Shown: in pieces, positions 1 through 11,260 of the stretch | Position numbering within the stretch: the first letter of the stretch is position 1 | Layout of the letters: every line of letters begins with the position of its first letter | Source of the DNA: Trypanosoma brucei | Taxonomy: Eukaryota | Assembly (NCBI GenBank): GCA_000002445.1 | Contig: CP000066.1 | Coordinates: 320,001-384,000, forward strand | Direction: 5' to 3' | Length of the DNA: 64,000 nt | The notes under the pieces: generated by a model | The model's input: only the letters and a program-made list of their open reading frames with translations | Databases searched by the model: none | Told to the model about the DNA's origin: nothing | Program-made: the position numbers and the translations under genes

Positions 1-703
1 CAGTAACGGCTTCTGCTGTGAAGGAGTCAGCACGGCGGTTGACGGAGCGTGGCTTTCTCGAGAGGGGTAATACAAATGAATATATATATATTTCGTAGCG
101 CCCACTCGCGCTTTTAAAAAACTGACTTTCACAGCTTTTGGGAGGCAGTGGCCTCGCCCACCCTTCATAGTGCGGTAGTGGCGATTGGGAGAACGATGGA
201 TGCACGTTGGGTGTACAAGCGTCACTCAAGAGAGCGGGGGGGGGCCGTTAAAATGTAACTGGTTGTGCTGAGGGTTAAGGGACGGAGATTGTTATATCGT
301 TCACCGAAAGTAAATATCATATATACATTCTCCCCTCTGCGTATCTACTGGGTTTGTACATGTGGATTACGATCGTGCGCTACTTACTGTGGCAAATAAA
401 TTTTTATCTTTTCGCTTTTTCTCATCTTCTGCCCTTGCCTCAACTGAACGCTACCGCAGGGTAGTTGCTCCTTCGTTGAATCAAAAAGAATAGGTGAGTG
501 CTGTAAAAGCGGTCTCAGTGTTTGGTTGAACACCTTTCTCGGAGTCGGGGCAAGAAGGGGGAAAGTGCTTCGCAAAAAGTAACAGAATAATATCACATAT
601 CTATACATTTGTTTCCTTGTGAGCATTTAACCACACTTAACGCGTGTGTAAAGTGCCACGTGAGAAAGGAGGGTTAGCAGGCGTGCACTGTAGTTCGTGA
701 ATT

Positions 704-1954
704 GTGCCACGTCTGTCAGTCATGTGGTTCACAAACATTACGAAGGATATTGGAGAGATTACTAGCAGCTTTGTGGAGGATACGCGGAACCTCGCTAATA
801 TCGTAACCCGCTTTGCCACTGAAGTAACCGGTGGCAATGTTCTCATTGCTGGTGATGAAGACTCACGCCTTGCGCAGCAATGCCCGCTTTCTGACACGGA
901 TATTGCATCATTCCAGCGGAATAGCATGGTTTTTCTTGACGATATTTCGGAAGATGAGAAGGCGTCATTTGATGTATGGGCAAAGGAAAGTGAGTTTAAA
1001 TCACAGCCACTGCCTCAACGACGAGAAGGGCATGCTGAGCTTTTACCAGGTAGTCGGTATGAGAAGTTAGCAACTTTCCGCCAACAGTTGTTGGATACCA
1101 ATCCGTTCGTGAAGAAAAGGTATGCGGCGTTTGTGTTAAGCGACGAGCGGCGCCACCAAAAGGGGGGTGCGGAGGCCATTGAACATAAAAGAGACGAACA
1201 GGTTGATACAGCTGCCGAACACATGGAAAAAGATGAAATTGCTCCACTGGATGAAACCCTGCGCATTACGGAGGATGTATTTTTTGACCGTTATTTTTTT
1301 CGCCTTTCTCAGCTTCGTCTCCGCCTTGCGGCAGAGCGAAAACAGCGTGAGGAAGCCACTAAAAAGGAGGAGTTGGAGGTCAATGGAGTCGATCAGTGGA
1401 GTAAGGGGGGCCTCAAAGCATTTACCCAGCGTATTGTTGAAGCAGCAGATGGTTTGATCAACTGGGATGACGAAAACAGAGAACGAAGCGGTGAGTCGCA
1501 GCGCACGAAATCAGAGTGCGAAACTCAGGAAAATACTATAGCAGCATTGCAGTCAGTAGTGCAAGCACTGCAGAGTGAGCTGTGGAGTGAAAAACGAAAA
1601 TTAGCGGCCGTGCTGGAAGTGGCGCGTAATTGTGGACTTAGCGAGGAGCAGCAGCGGCTGCTACGTGAGGCGGCACAGAATGAGGAACATAGTGGCAACG
1701 CACCAGTGAGATCTTCCGTCTGTGAGTTGGAGTTGACAGGAAGTGGGCGAAAGTCAATGTCAGTGCGGTCAAAGGGGGGAGATAAGGAAAGTAGGGGAGG
1801 TAGTGTTGATTGCAAGGAGTCAAGGAAAAATGAAGATGGGGCGGATGGGAATGTAAAGGTTTCATCGAAGGCGGCGAGTGAGGGAGATAATAATGAGTCC
1901 AGTTCAGGTGTTCAATTTTTCGTTGACAATGATGGTTGGACAAATGTAAAGTAG
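704..1954 (+). CDS. Hypothetical acidic, coiled-coil-rich protein of 416 aa. The first in-frame ATG may not be the true start; MWFTNITKD at ~722 is an alternative.
   Basis: Long + strand ORF in the same orientation as all neighbours. Charged, heptad-like central region (KQREEATKKEELE…, QALQSELWSEKRKL). No recognisable catalytic motif. Confidence 0.4.
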   Translation: MPRLSVMWFTNITKDIGEITSSFVEDTRNLANIVTRFATEVTGGNVLIAGDEDSRLAQQCPLSDTDIASFQRNSMVFLDDISEDEKASFDVWAKESEFKSQPLPQRREGHAELLPGSRYEKLATFRQQLLDTNPFVKKRYAAFVLSDERRHQKGGAEAIEHKRDEQVDTAAEHMEKDEIAPLDETLRITEDVFFDRYFFRLSQLRLRLAAERKQREEATKKEELEVNGVDQWSKGGLKAFTQRIVEAADGLINWDDENRERSGESQRTKSECETQENTIAALQSVVQALQSELWSEKRKLAAVLEVARNCGLSEEQQRLLREAAQNEEHSGNAPVRSSVCELELTGSGRKSMSVRSKGGDKESRGGSVDCKESRKNEDGADGNVKVSSKAASEGDNNESSSGVQFFVDNDGWTNVK

Positions 1955-2977
1955 GTGGTAGTGTGCTGTTCACTGCTTGTACTGATTTAACTACCACTGC
2001 TACGACGTCAATTTCACTGTTATTAGTATTTTCACCTGTCGTTTAAAAAAAAAAAAACTTCCGTCATTAGATGTGAAAACTCCTCACTGTGTTGCCTGGT
2101 TCCTTTTTTACCGAATTGGCATCGTGAAAAAAAAATACTCTTGCGCGTGTGAATTTACAAATTTGTGTTGGATCTTGCGAGTGCGGAGCGTTTGAATGTT
2201 ACGACTCTTGTCGTTTTGTTTGTTCATCCGTGTGTGCTCACGCGAGTTCAGTGGAGAAGTACGTGCGGTCGTTTATTTATTTGTATATGCAGTTCCCTTC
2301 CGTTATGCAGATGGCGTTAATATACGTGCTTTGAAGGAGTTTGACTGAACGATGTGGTGACGGGGGAAATTATGGTGTTGTTGGTGTCTCCAAGCTTTTA
2401 TAATCTTTGTTTTGATAACTTTTACTCTGAGAGAGAAGAACACAATAAATGGCTGTATTTAGTCACTGGTCTAAAAAGAAAAGAAGTGTTTACCAACTGG
2501 CAGTGAGGATGTTTTGTCGAGTCACGACCTGTTTTATCATCATTGTGAGGAGCGGAGGTTCACTATTCTCAGGCGCGGAACGCAATAATTATTGACTTTT
2601 CCGTCTAGCCGTGGTCCACACAAAGTGTTAAGTGCATGGTTTGTGTTGTACAGTGCTTTTTTTTTTTAACCATTATTGTTGATACTGACTTTGTGGCCTT
2701 TTGCCAGGTGCTGCCGATTTCTTTTTATTTGTCTCTTCCCCTTTGGTATACACTGAGTTGGTGCCCTAGCCATCTTTCGATGCATGAGCGCAAATAGAGG
2801 CGCGTGTGTGGGGGGGGGGAAGTAGAGAAAGTGGGGGAAACCGGTGAGTTTTTTAAAAAAAAGAAAGATTTTAAATATGTCCAGTGGTTGTGCGTGTGTT
2901 CATGTACAGGTTCCACTTGTAGACGTTTCGTACAAAAGAAAAAGGGCATGGAAGTAATTTATGTGGGATCATAAGAG

Positions 2978-2982
<5 letters not shown>

Positions 2983-3025
<43 letters not shown>
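2983..3025. repeat. (TA)16 followed by a (GT)6 microsatellite in an intergenic region.
   Basis: Direct reading: tatatatatatatatatatatatatatatatatgtgtgtgtgtg. Confidence 0.95.
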
Positions 3026-3334
3026 AAGTGTCTGTAACGCATACGTGCTTGTAGGTGTATTTGTGTGTGTTGTTATAGGGATGATATGAAATAATAACAG
3101 ATGTACGGGTGTTGCCAATATCCCCCTCCTTCACCTTTTCACGATTTGTATTTGTTTTGTTTCTTCATCCCTTTATTGAGCGTGTTTGTTCCGCTTTTTC
3201 TTTTCAATTTGCAAGGGAGAGGCGGCTCACCTGGACGTGAGCGTAGGCACGTAGGTGCGAGTATATTCCCAGGGGTTTAATAAAAGTGTGTTCCCCCTCC
3301 CCGTTAAGAAGATACACTTCAGTTATTTTTAGTA

Positions 3335-6300
3335 TTGTCACGCATTGTCGCCTCTGGAGAAATGTTGCTTTGCAAGCAACCAGGGGACACTACCATATTT
3401 GCCACTGCCACAGTAGACCATATCAGCCTTTACAATCTTTCTTCTGTTTCGCCTCTTGCACGGGAGTTGTCGGTAACCCCAACTCCAGACAGGCAACACG
3501 TTCGCATTATTGATTCGACCAATGAGGCCGCTGCCGACCTTTCTCCTTACGGGAATCAACCCTGTTCTGTAATTAACACCATTGTACACAATGCGTGTCG
3601 ACGACCATTTGTTCCAATATGGAGAGTCCCATTCTCGCAGGTGCGCGGTAGCGGCATTAGCGGCGGTGAAGATGAAGCGAACAGATGCACACCGCTTTCG
3701 CTTGCACTTAGTTGTGCTGGGGGCGCGCAGAGGCTATTTGTGTCCGAAAGCGGTAGTGGTGCATGGGTGGGCGAAGGGATGTCATTCTCCGCACTGTCTG
3801 TCCCCTCCGAAATTGTTACAACGAGTGCGTATGTTGACAGAGATACCAGAGCAGAATCAATACAATACACTAAAAGCGGTATTCAAGGGAATGATATTGT
3901 CACATCCGGCTGGGCGTATCGCGACCCAACATTACTTGCCATTGGTCGACATAGGGGTGTTGTGCAACTTCTGCGCGTAGAAGGTAGCGGCTCCCATCCC
4001 TCTCTTCACACCACAGTGGTTCAGGAACGTGTTCTTCAGGGAAGTGTAACTTCTCTCGATTGGGTTCCAAACAGTGACATTCTCGTCGTGGCGGCGCGAC
4101 GGCGAGATGAGTATGGTTGCTTTGCGGAGGTGATGGATTTTCGGTCTCGAGAAGTAGCTATTCGCTACCTCGGTGCCCCACCAGGCGTTACTCCCACTTC
4201 TTCACGCGCTTCGAGGCAACAACAACCCCTGCGCTGTGGTGTTGGTATTGCGTCTACGGGTGCATTATGCTTTGCAGAGGCTATTGCCTGTGACATGTCG
4301 CAGAAGTACGTCGCGGCTGCCGGCAGCAACAACCGCCATGACGTACTTCAACTTTGGGATCTGCGGATGAGCTCAAGGCCAGTTAGTGCGCACGTTCACG
4401 CCAGCCTGGGATACACGTCTCTCAGCTGGGTGTCGTGTGCAACTCCTACTGTAGTCAGCACCACCCGAAAAAGGGGGCTATGGATGTATACGTTTACAGA
4501 TTCGCAAAGTCAAGGTGGTGATGATAGTGATGATAGCGGTGAGGAAAAGGAAAGACGACAACGTTTGCTCCCTTCGGAGGACCGGTATCGCTTACATACC
4601 CGGGTGCCAGCAGCATGTGCTGCATCATTGGGGGGAGACCAAGCTGTTACACCGACTACGGGTGTTGAAACGTCACAACCGGGTGTAGCGGCGTCTCCTC
4701 ACAAGGGAAGTGCACACCATAGAGCAGGCAAATGCGACCAAGTGCAGAATGGGCAACATCTCAAGTTGCCGTGTCTTGTTCTGCTCGATGCCGCTTCGGG
4801 TGAGTTGTACCCACAAGTGGCTCTTCCGAGAAAAACAATGGTCACAATGATCAATGACATCCCTGTGTGGAGCGCGGGACCCAATGTATTTCGCTTTCAT
4901 CGTGATATTAATGAGCTGCTCGACGATATGGAGGATGACAGTAATTTGCAATTACGAAAACAGAAGGACCAGCACATACCCGACACTATCGCTAAGGAAC
5001 CTTCTGCCAGTGCCGGTAGCCTTAGCGAGGGGGAATTTGAAGAAGAGAGCGGTGAGGCGGAGCGCACTGGTGGAAACCTTTTAGACCTGCTGAAAGCATC
5101 AGTGTTCATGAACACAGATTACGACGAAACGACCCTCGCCTCTCTGTCCACGACATTACCGGCTGCAATAAAGGAACGGCCAAATATTCCTACTGTTAGG
5201 CGCCCGTTATTGTCGTTGAGGCGTCTCCGCGAGGGATTCGTGCCTTACTCACATCAAGTTTTTTCTGTGCTGTCACACGAAATGGCAGATCGTGAGGCTT
5301 ATGCTCTGTTCCGCTACGGGTGGTACATGCAACGACACATTCACAAGGGGAAAACAATTACCCCGGCATCTTCTGTTGTTCCCAGCTTACTGGAACTGCT
5401 CCGGAAAAAGCCACAGGTGCAAGTAACTAAAGTCATTCTCCGCGCAATGGGGTGGTGCATCGATCGAGATGAGGAGGCACTGATGCTGCAGCCGTTAGAC
5501 TCCCCAACAACTGTTAGGGAGAGCAGCAGGATCGGTGTTTTATCACCAAACATCGTACCGCAGACGACACACCAGGTATCCGGTCGATTTCATGGCCTTC
5601 CCCTGTATTGCCATCAGAGACCGTTGGCATCTGAAAAGGGAAGCACCATGTTTTCGTCTCCCTCAGCATCGTCCGAAAGTACAGAGTACGCGGCCGATGT
5701 GCTCTCTCAGAACTCTCTACCGCCGTTTGAAAGTCAGGTGGCGCCCTCTCCTGAGGTTGAGTTCTGCGACCGCGTTGGCGCCGCCTCACCGGAGGATGCA
5801 GTTGAACGGCGTGTTGCTATTCATGTTTGCATGGGTTATCTGAGTGAGGCGGCACGACTGCTCTCTCATTACAGTGACCTGCGGCCTTCCTACGCGAATG
5901 TCGCCCTTATACTAGAGTCAGCTGCACAGGGTCATTTTCCGGTTGCAAATATCGTTGCGCCTGCGGGCTGTAGTTACTGGATGCATTTGTGCGTTGAGCT
6001 GTTGGGGATGTATGCACATCATTCGTCCATAGGAGGCGCCGATCAAGGGAACGGCGAGCGCGAGCGACCAGGGTCAGGTTGGTCAAGCGCTTCATCACAC
6101 GTGGCAGGGCGCAAGTTCTTTACGTGTTTCACGAGGCGATACCCTCAAATGCCCCTCCCGGACCAAGTAGCCCTGGCCACAGTTCTGTTATTCCCATACG
6201 CATCAGCCGATTCGCAGGAACAGCTAGCCTCCGGCGATAATAAACGCGAGGAATCGTGGGAGGCCCTAGGTGATATACTTCAAGAGATGACGATGATGCA

Positions 6301-7123
6301 GTTTGATTCTTCTCTAGGTTGCAGTTGCTCCCTTTTCCTTTCGGCGGCTGTCGAGCCACTTGATAGCGAATACACTTCTGTACAACGTTACGTTGATGAA
6401 ACGGGTGACGTGCAAACTCCGGTGGTATACTTTGCACTATATGGGTCTACAAAGAGCAGGAGTTGGCGTTTGTGGAACGATGCCTACCGCACTCAGTTGA
6501 ACAATGGTGGCCATTCAATCCTCCGCAGTATCCACGATCTCGCGTGCTCAAAAATGTCGCAGATGCGTGAAAAGGTAAACGAGAATTTCAAGAGCAGTGA
6601 ATATAATAATTCTATGTCGTTCCCACTCGCTGGCCGGGACGGTGTAGTGCCACTCGCATCAAATTTCGTGGGGAGGACATTTAGTGGTTTCGTGGGAGCG
6701 CCGACGGCTTCCGTAATTTCTGGCACTGAAGGCAGGCCGAAGTCAAAGAGACTAACGGGAACGGGAGGTGTGGTGCTGAGATGCAAATGCGGATGTCGCG
6801 TACCCACATTTCCTGCCAATGCCGAGGGGGATGCGGTGGAACCAACATCAACGGCTATTAAGACAGCGTCCATGGAAGGGAGCCAACAGTCACTGTGCAA
6901 AATACCTGACTGCCTAACACCCATGTGCGTAGTATGCAGCGAGCCGGTATTCCGTCAAAAATCTGGTTATACGTTCGAGGAGTCTTTTACGTGGTGCACC
7001 GTCTGTCTACATGGAGGCCACTGGATGCACTTACGAGAGTGGTTTGTGAAGCATCGAACTTGCCCTGCTGAGGATTGTTCCTGTCGTTGCTACTACCCTT
7101 TAAATGAGCGTTGTGGTGTGTGA
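3335..7123 (+). CDS. Large WD-repeat/RING protein of 1262 aa with a C-terminal GATOR2/SEA-type zinc finger (MIOS/WDR24/WDR59/Sea4-like).
   Basis: C-terminus reads CVVCSEPV…WCTVCLHGGHWMHLREWFVKHRTCPAEDCSCRCYY. This matches the C-x2-C…C-x2-C-(G/L)HGGH-x2-H-x3-WF-x2-H-x2-CP-x-GCGC-x-C signature of GATOR2/SEACAT RING subunits. WD-like strand motifs lie upstream (LQLWDLRMSSRPVSAH). A pyrimidine tract precedes the ATG. Confidence 0.55.
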   Translation: MSRIVASGEMLLCKQPGDTTIFATATVDHISLYNLSSVSPLARELSVTPTPDRQHVRIIDSTNEAAADLSPYGNQPCSVINTIVHNACRRPFVPIWRVPFSQVRGSGISGGEDEANRCTPLSLALSCAGGAQRLFVSESGSGAWVGEGMSFSALSVPSEIVTTSAYVDRDTRAESIQYTKSGIQGNDIVTSGWAYRDPTLLAIGRHRGVVQLLRVEGSGSHPSLHTTVVQERVLQGSVTSLDWVPNSDILVVAARRRDEYGCFAEVMDFRSREVAIRYLGAPPGVTPTSSRASRQQQPLRCGVGIASTGALCFAEAIACDMSQKYVAAAGSNNRHDVLQLWDLRMSSRPVSAHVHASLGYTSLSWVSCATPTVVSTTRKRGLWMYTFTDSQSQGGDDSDDSGEEKERRQRLLPSEDRYRLHTRVPAACAASLGGDQAVTPTTGVETSQPGVAASPHKGSAHHRAGKCDQVQNGQHLKLPCLVLLDAASGELYPQVALPRKTMVTMINDIPVWSAGPNVFRFHRDINELLDDMEDDSNLQLRKQKDQHIPDTIAKEPSASAGSLSEGEFEEESGEAERTGGNLLDLLKASVFMNTDYDETTLASLSTTLPAAIKERPNIPTVRRPLLSLRRLREGFVPYSHQVFSVLSHEMADREAYALFRYGWYMQRHIHKGKTITPASSVVPSLLELLRKKPQVQVTKVILRAMGWCIDRDEEALMLQPLDSPTTVRESSRIGVLSPNIVPQTTHQVSGRFHGLPLYCHQRPLASEKGSTMFSSPSASSESTEYAADVLSQNSLPPFESQVAPSPEVEFCDRVGAASPEDAVERRVAIHVCMGYLSEAARLLSHYSDLRPSYANVALILESAAQGHFPVANIVAPAGCSYWMHLCVELLGMYAHHSSIGGADQGNGERERPGSGWSSASSHVAGRKFFTCFTRRYPQMPLPDQVALATVLLFPYASADSQEQLASGDNKREESWEALGDILQEMTMMQFDSSLGCSCSLFLSAAVEPLDSEYTSVQRYVDETGDVQTPVVYFALYGSTKSRSWRLWNDAYRTQLNNGGHSILRSIHDLACSKMSQMREKVNENFKSSEYNNSMSFPLAGRDGVVPLASNFVGRTFSGFVGAPTASVISGTEGRPKSKRLTGTGGVVLRCKCGCRVPTFPANAEGDAVEPTSTAIKTASMEGSQQSLCKIPDCLTPMCVVCSEPVFRQKSGYTFEESFTWCTVCLHGGHWMHLREWFVKHRTCPAEDCSCRCYYPLNERCGV

Positions 7124-7423
7124 TGTCAGGGTAATTTCTCTGTCGACATGTCAATTTTATACAGTGATACAGTTTGGGCGACGGACTCTTCGTCTGTTGG
7201 CCTCCTGTTCTTGTTAGTGTATGTGTGTTTTGAGTATTCCTTTCATTCGAACCCACGCGCGCACACCTGTATATCTATTTGCTATTCATATGCTACTTTG
7301 CCTCTGTGGGGGTGTATAACCGGACTCTGACTGACTCCAAAGCTCAACTTTCCGAACACCGTTACCCTCGCTGTACATGCGTTTCTTGTGTTTGCACGCG
7401 GATAGTAGTGGGGGCCAAAAACA

Positions 7424-10400
7424 GTGGTAGGAGCGATGAAGTACTTTGCATGTCGTTTGGATGACCACAATGGCTTTGGTTTACTTATCGGTCACACACT
7501 TAGCTACTTCACTGCGCGCCGGGCCACGACGAAAGGCTTTAGCACTGCGACGCCGAAAAGCGCCGGCAGCGGTACCGATGGTGAAGACGCCTTCAACTTT
7601 CATGTGCAGTATACAGTGACGCTGCCGCATGTCTTCGGTTTTGCCCCGAAGTGTTTTAGCATGGCCAACTATTCTCTTTATGGAGTGGACATGGCAATCA
7701 TCGGCGGTAGCAATGGCGTGCTAGGTGTAGTGGTAATGCACGATGGCAGCATTGTGTATGCACCGGATCGCAGTCCCGAGGTAATGAATGCGAACAATCA
7801 AAGATCAGCGACTACAACATCCGTTTGGGCTCTATCGTGTGCGGCCAGGAGCTTACCATCTGTGCGAATGCTTGATACAGCCTCCACACTCAAGCAGGTG
7901 GCTGGTGCCACATCATCACCACCTTTTCCCCAACCAATGCCTCTTGCAGACAGAGGTGTTGGTACCGTTACTTGGATTCAAAACGACGCGTTGGTGTTCG
8001 TTGGATTTACGTCGGGTCAAGTTGAGTGGTACCGTGTCACCACCCGCATCCGCCAACCAGAAAGCAAAGAGAAGAGTTCGGAATTGATTAATATCGGTAC
8101 AGTTGGAAGGCCAACACGTTCGGGGTGTGTGACGGGAGCTTTTCCGGCGAATGGAGATATGTTTGCAGGGATGACTAATCCTAGTGGCGCGAATCATCGG
8201 ACCTCAGACAGCTTCCCACACCATCAAAGTACATGGGTGAACAGACAGAGTAGGAGAGAGGGTGCACCGCAGTTAGGTTCAAAAGAGGAGCATAAGGATG
8301 GTTGGTTTGTTGACATCTGCAGCCACTACTCAAGTAATTACTTTGCGGAAACTGGGGGTTTTGTGACAAGCGAATATTTCCCCGCCACAGGCCTTGTGCT
8401 TGCTGCAGCAGAGCGGGCGCTCTACGTGTTTACCAGAAAGCAGCCTGAGACAACGCTTTGCTGTGTGCCACGCACTGGGTGCACTTACATTTCCTGTCAT
8501 CCTTCTCTTCCTCTTGTTGCGTGCCTTGGTTGCGGAAACAAAACACCAAATATCAACGGAGATCCTGGGGAAGGTTCATGTGCTCTACAAGTGTTAGAGT
8601 GGACGGATGAGGGAGAGATGTGTCCAGTAACAGAAATTTGTGTTTTGACGCCATCTAGCGACTCAAGTGCACGCTGTTGTTCCCACCTGAATTGTTCGTG
8701 GAATCAGGGCGCCGAGCTGCAACTTGCGGTGTGCAACATGAAGGAGTGTGCCATTCAGTTGTTAAATCTCTCGCGTGCGGAGGAGTGGGTACACTGTGAG
8801 ACAGTACCAACTGCACGCCGTCGCTGGTATGAAATAATCTTCAACCGCGAACTGCACCACCCCTTGCGTTCACTCGTAAACGCAGAGTTCATATTACCGC
8901 GCGTGCTTGAGCAAGACCGAAAGTTGGCGAAACCACCAGCTTTCGCCAGTGACCCTGCCGCTGGTTGCCATGAACGAAAGGGTTCGCATCCGAGGGATTC
9001 TTTGGAAACCAAACGGGGTTCAACAGCAACCCTTAGCAAGGAGGCACCCCCCGCGTTGCTTGCACCGAATCCAGTGCAGGATGGTGAGGGGTGTCTTGTT
9101 AAGAATACAGTCGCTGGAGATGAACGAAGCACCCAGTCTCGAACCAGTGAGATCGCCCCTTGCCGTGCAGTGCCGTCAGTAAGCACTGTCCCTCACGTAA
9201 TTGTTGTGAACACTGTTGGTGAAATTGCGGTAACTCCCCTTCACACCGAGACAAAAGTCGCTTTCTTCGGATTGAACAGTATTGTTGCGGGTATCGGGGC
9301 GACTGTTTGCGCAATCAAGACACCAGCCAAGGAAACTAGCATTAGCGGCTGTTGTGCGGGAGCGCCGACTGCGACGATTACTTTAAGTGTGCCGTTTCCT
9401 TCAAGGAGTGTTCCGGTAACCGCACGTGAAGAGCAGGCCCGTGCCAGCATGGCGGACACGATTGACATCGAAGAGCACATGAGGAAGCGCCTTGCGGCTG
9501 GATTTGGAGTTCCTGCGGCAGCTAATGTGGAGGCGTTGACCAAGTTGAACGGTACTTCCGCCTACGATGTGGACGAACGTGTTCTGTTTTCGTATATCGC
9601 GATTATGGAGAAAGTGGGACTGGTGCGGTGTGATGGTCCGGTACCTAGTATCGTGGAGTTGCTCACTCTTCGTGGCGCACCGAACACTACGCAACTCACC
9701 GACATGGGTTTATTGCCGCATAATACAGCTGTTGTGTGTCGGTCATCCACTTCACAGAATGACTCCAGACGTTTGCTACTTCTTCACTTACTCAACTGGA
9801 TTCCCTCACGAAGTGAATCTCCACAGCGGAACCAGCAAACTCCTGCCACACGAGCGGACGTGGAGCGCGCTGTTGTGGTGGATGTGCTGCATCGGCAGCG
9901 TCTGCGTGCTGCTACATTTCTGCGCCAGCAACTTCACATAGACTCGAACTACAGCATCGTGGCTGGACTAATTGAAAACTATGACAAAGTGGCTAGTGCC
10001 ATGAATGATTGTGCGGGTGAGGTTCGAGAACCCTTTCTTCAGCGTTTGAGTCCTTGGCTACGAGTTGTCTTCACCTTCGAAGCTGACAAGATGGCTGTTT
10101 ACAAGAATGAGGCGCTGCCGTTCTGGGATCGAGTTGCCATTGCACTCATTCTGGAGCACGACACAAAACTTCTTGTTGAATTGCTTCGTAACACTTTTGC
10201 GCCTTTGTGTAATATGGTTCAGGAACTATTGTTGTTTGGAGGTATCTCTGCAAAAACATGTCAACTTATGCAAACAATCGTTGACTGCACCGGAGACTTC
10301 CAATTAGCGGCGTGTCTCTTCGCTCGCATTGGAGTCCACGCGACTGCTACTAGGGGAACGGTCCGAGAAGGTGAATCTGCTTTCAACAGGAATGGTGTGC

Positions 10401-10879
10401 ACGATGATTCCAGCTGGTTCAAGGAGAGCAGTACTGGTCGCCGGGACGAAGTCAACACTGTGGCCAACTATTGGGCACTTTGGTCGGGAGCATATCGTTC
10501 GTTTCTTGACAATGAACGGGAATTTGTTAAGCGAGTTGTGTTTGACCAACAGTGTCAAAACTGTAGCAAGTTATTATATTCTGGCGAGCATGGGACACGC
10601 ACAAAAATAGAAGTGTTGGAGCGAAGTAACAGCACTGGACATGCAGCTGGGGGCCCCGTGACAACATTACAGTTGCCGGTTGCCAATCAGCGTCGTTGTT
10701 ATGTATGTTCTTCCTCTGTACGGCTGGGACCGCTGATGGCAAGGAGTAGTTACGCCCACTGTGCAGTCTGTGGACATGGTGGCCACATCCATCACCTTCA
10801 GGCGTGGTTCCTCGCTCACCAGAAGTGTGCAGCTGCTGGGTGTGGCTGCCACTGTGCGGTGGACGGTCATGTTTCATAG
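7424..10879 (+). CDS. Second WD-repeat/RING protein of 1151 aa with the same C-terminal GATOR2/SEA-type zinc finger. Paralogue of the upstream gene.
   Basis: C-terminus reads CYVCSSSV…HCAVCGHGGHIHHLQAWFLAHQKCAAAGCGCHCAV. This is the near-canonical CGHGGH…WF…CxxGCGCHC motif of WDR24/WDR59/MIOS. Its position immediately downstream of a gene with the same ending indicates a tandem paralogue pair. Confidence 0.55.
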   Translation: MVGAMKYFACRLDDHNGFGLLIGHTLSYFTARRATTKGFSTATPKSAGSGTDGEDAFNFHVQYTVTLPHVFGFAPKCFSMANYSLYGVDMAIIGGSNGVLGVVVMHDGSIVYAPDRSPEVMNANNQRSATTTSVWALSCAARSLPSVRMLDTASTLKQVAGATSSPPFPQPMPLADRGVGTVTWIQNDALVFVGFTSGQVEWYRVTTRIRQPESKEKSSELINIGTVGRPTRSGCVTGAFPANGDMFAGMTNPSGANHRTSDSFPHHQSTWVNRQSRREGAPQLGSKEEHKDGWFVDICSHYSSNYFAETGGFVTSEYFPATGLVLAAAERALYVFTRKQPETTLCCVPRTGCTYISCHPSLPLVACLGCGNKTPNINGDPGEGSCALQVLEWTDEGEMCPVTEICVLTPSSDSSARCCSHLNCSWNQGAELQLAVCNMKECAIQLLNLSRAEEWVHCETVPTARRRWYEIIFNRELHHPLRSLVNAEFILPRVLEQDRKLAKPPAFASDPAAGCHERKGSHPRDSLETKRGSTATLSKEAPPALLAPNPVQDGEGCLVKNTVAGDERSTQSRTSEIAPCRAVPSVSTVPHVIVVNTVGEIAVTPLHTETKVAFFGLNSIVAGIGATVCAIKTPAKETSISGCCAGAPTATITLSVPFPSRSVPVTAREEQARASMADTIDIEEHMRKRLAAGFGVPAAANVEALTKLNGTSAYDVDERVLFSYIAIMEKVGLVRCDGPVPSIVELLTLRGAPNTTQLTDMGLLPHNTAVVCRSSTSQNDSRRLLLLHLLNWIPSRSESPQRNQQTPATRADVERAVVVDVLHRQRLRAATFLRQQLHIDSNYSIVAGLIENYDKVASAMNDCAGEVREPFLQRLSPWLRVVFTFEADKMAVYKNEALPFWDRVAIALILEHDTKLLVELLRNTFAPLCNMVQELLLFGGISAKTCQLMQTIVDCTGDFQLAACLFARIGVHATATRGTVREGESAFNRNGVHDDSSWFKESSTGRRDEVNTVANYWALWSGAYRSFLDNEREFVKRVVFDQQCQNCSKLLYSGEHGTRTKIEVLERSNSTGHAAGGPVTTLQLPVANQRRCYVCSSSVRLGPLMARSSYAHCAVCGHGGHIHHLQAWFLAHQKCAAAGCGCHCAVDGHVS

Positions 10880-11260
10880 GGTGGGCAAGGGATAATTCTT
10901 CCCTTCCCTCGTTACTTTAAGCCCTGTTTTATTTCAATCTCCTAGGATTCCTGTTGTACTCTTGCATTTGAGGGGCTATATACAACGTATATACATAAAT
11001 GTCATATCTGTGTCGACTGTTGCCCTGCTCTACTTTTCCCCACTTGTTCGCTTCTGCGGGATTGGCAAGGAACACAAGAGACGCACAAAATTGCTTTCTC
11101 ACGCTGTGGTGCTTCCCCTTTCTGATTCTTCTGGTAACTGCTTGGAACATCATCGCTCCGGCTCGTTTCTGTAATATTTTCTCGATTTTATTTATTTCAC
11201 CCTTCTTCATCGACTCCACTCGGGTCGAGTGAAAGTGGTAGTACAAGTGACACACCCGCG

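Noticed and set aside
7240-7262. gggttcgaatg on the minus strand, resembling a tRNA T-loop (GGTTCGAAT)
   Set aside because: No surrounding acceptor, D or anticodon stem pairing could be drawn. It is an isolated 9-mer match.
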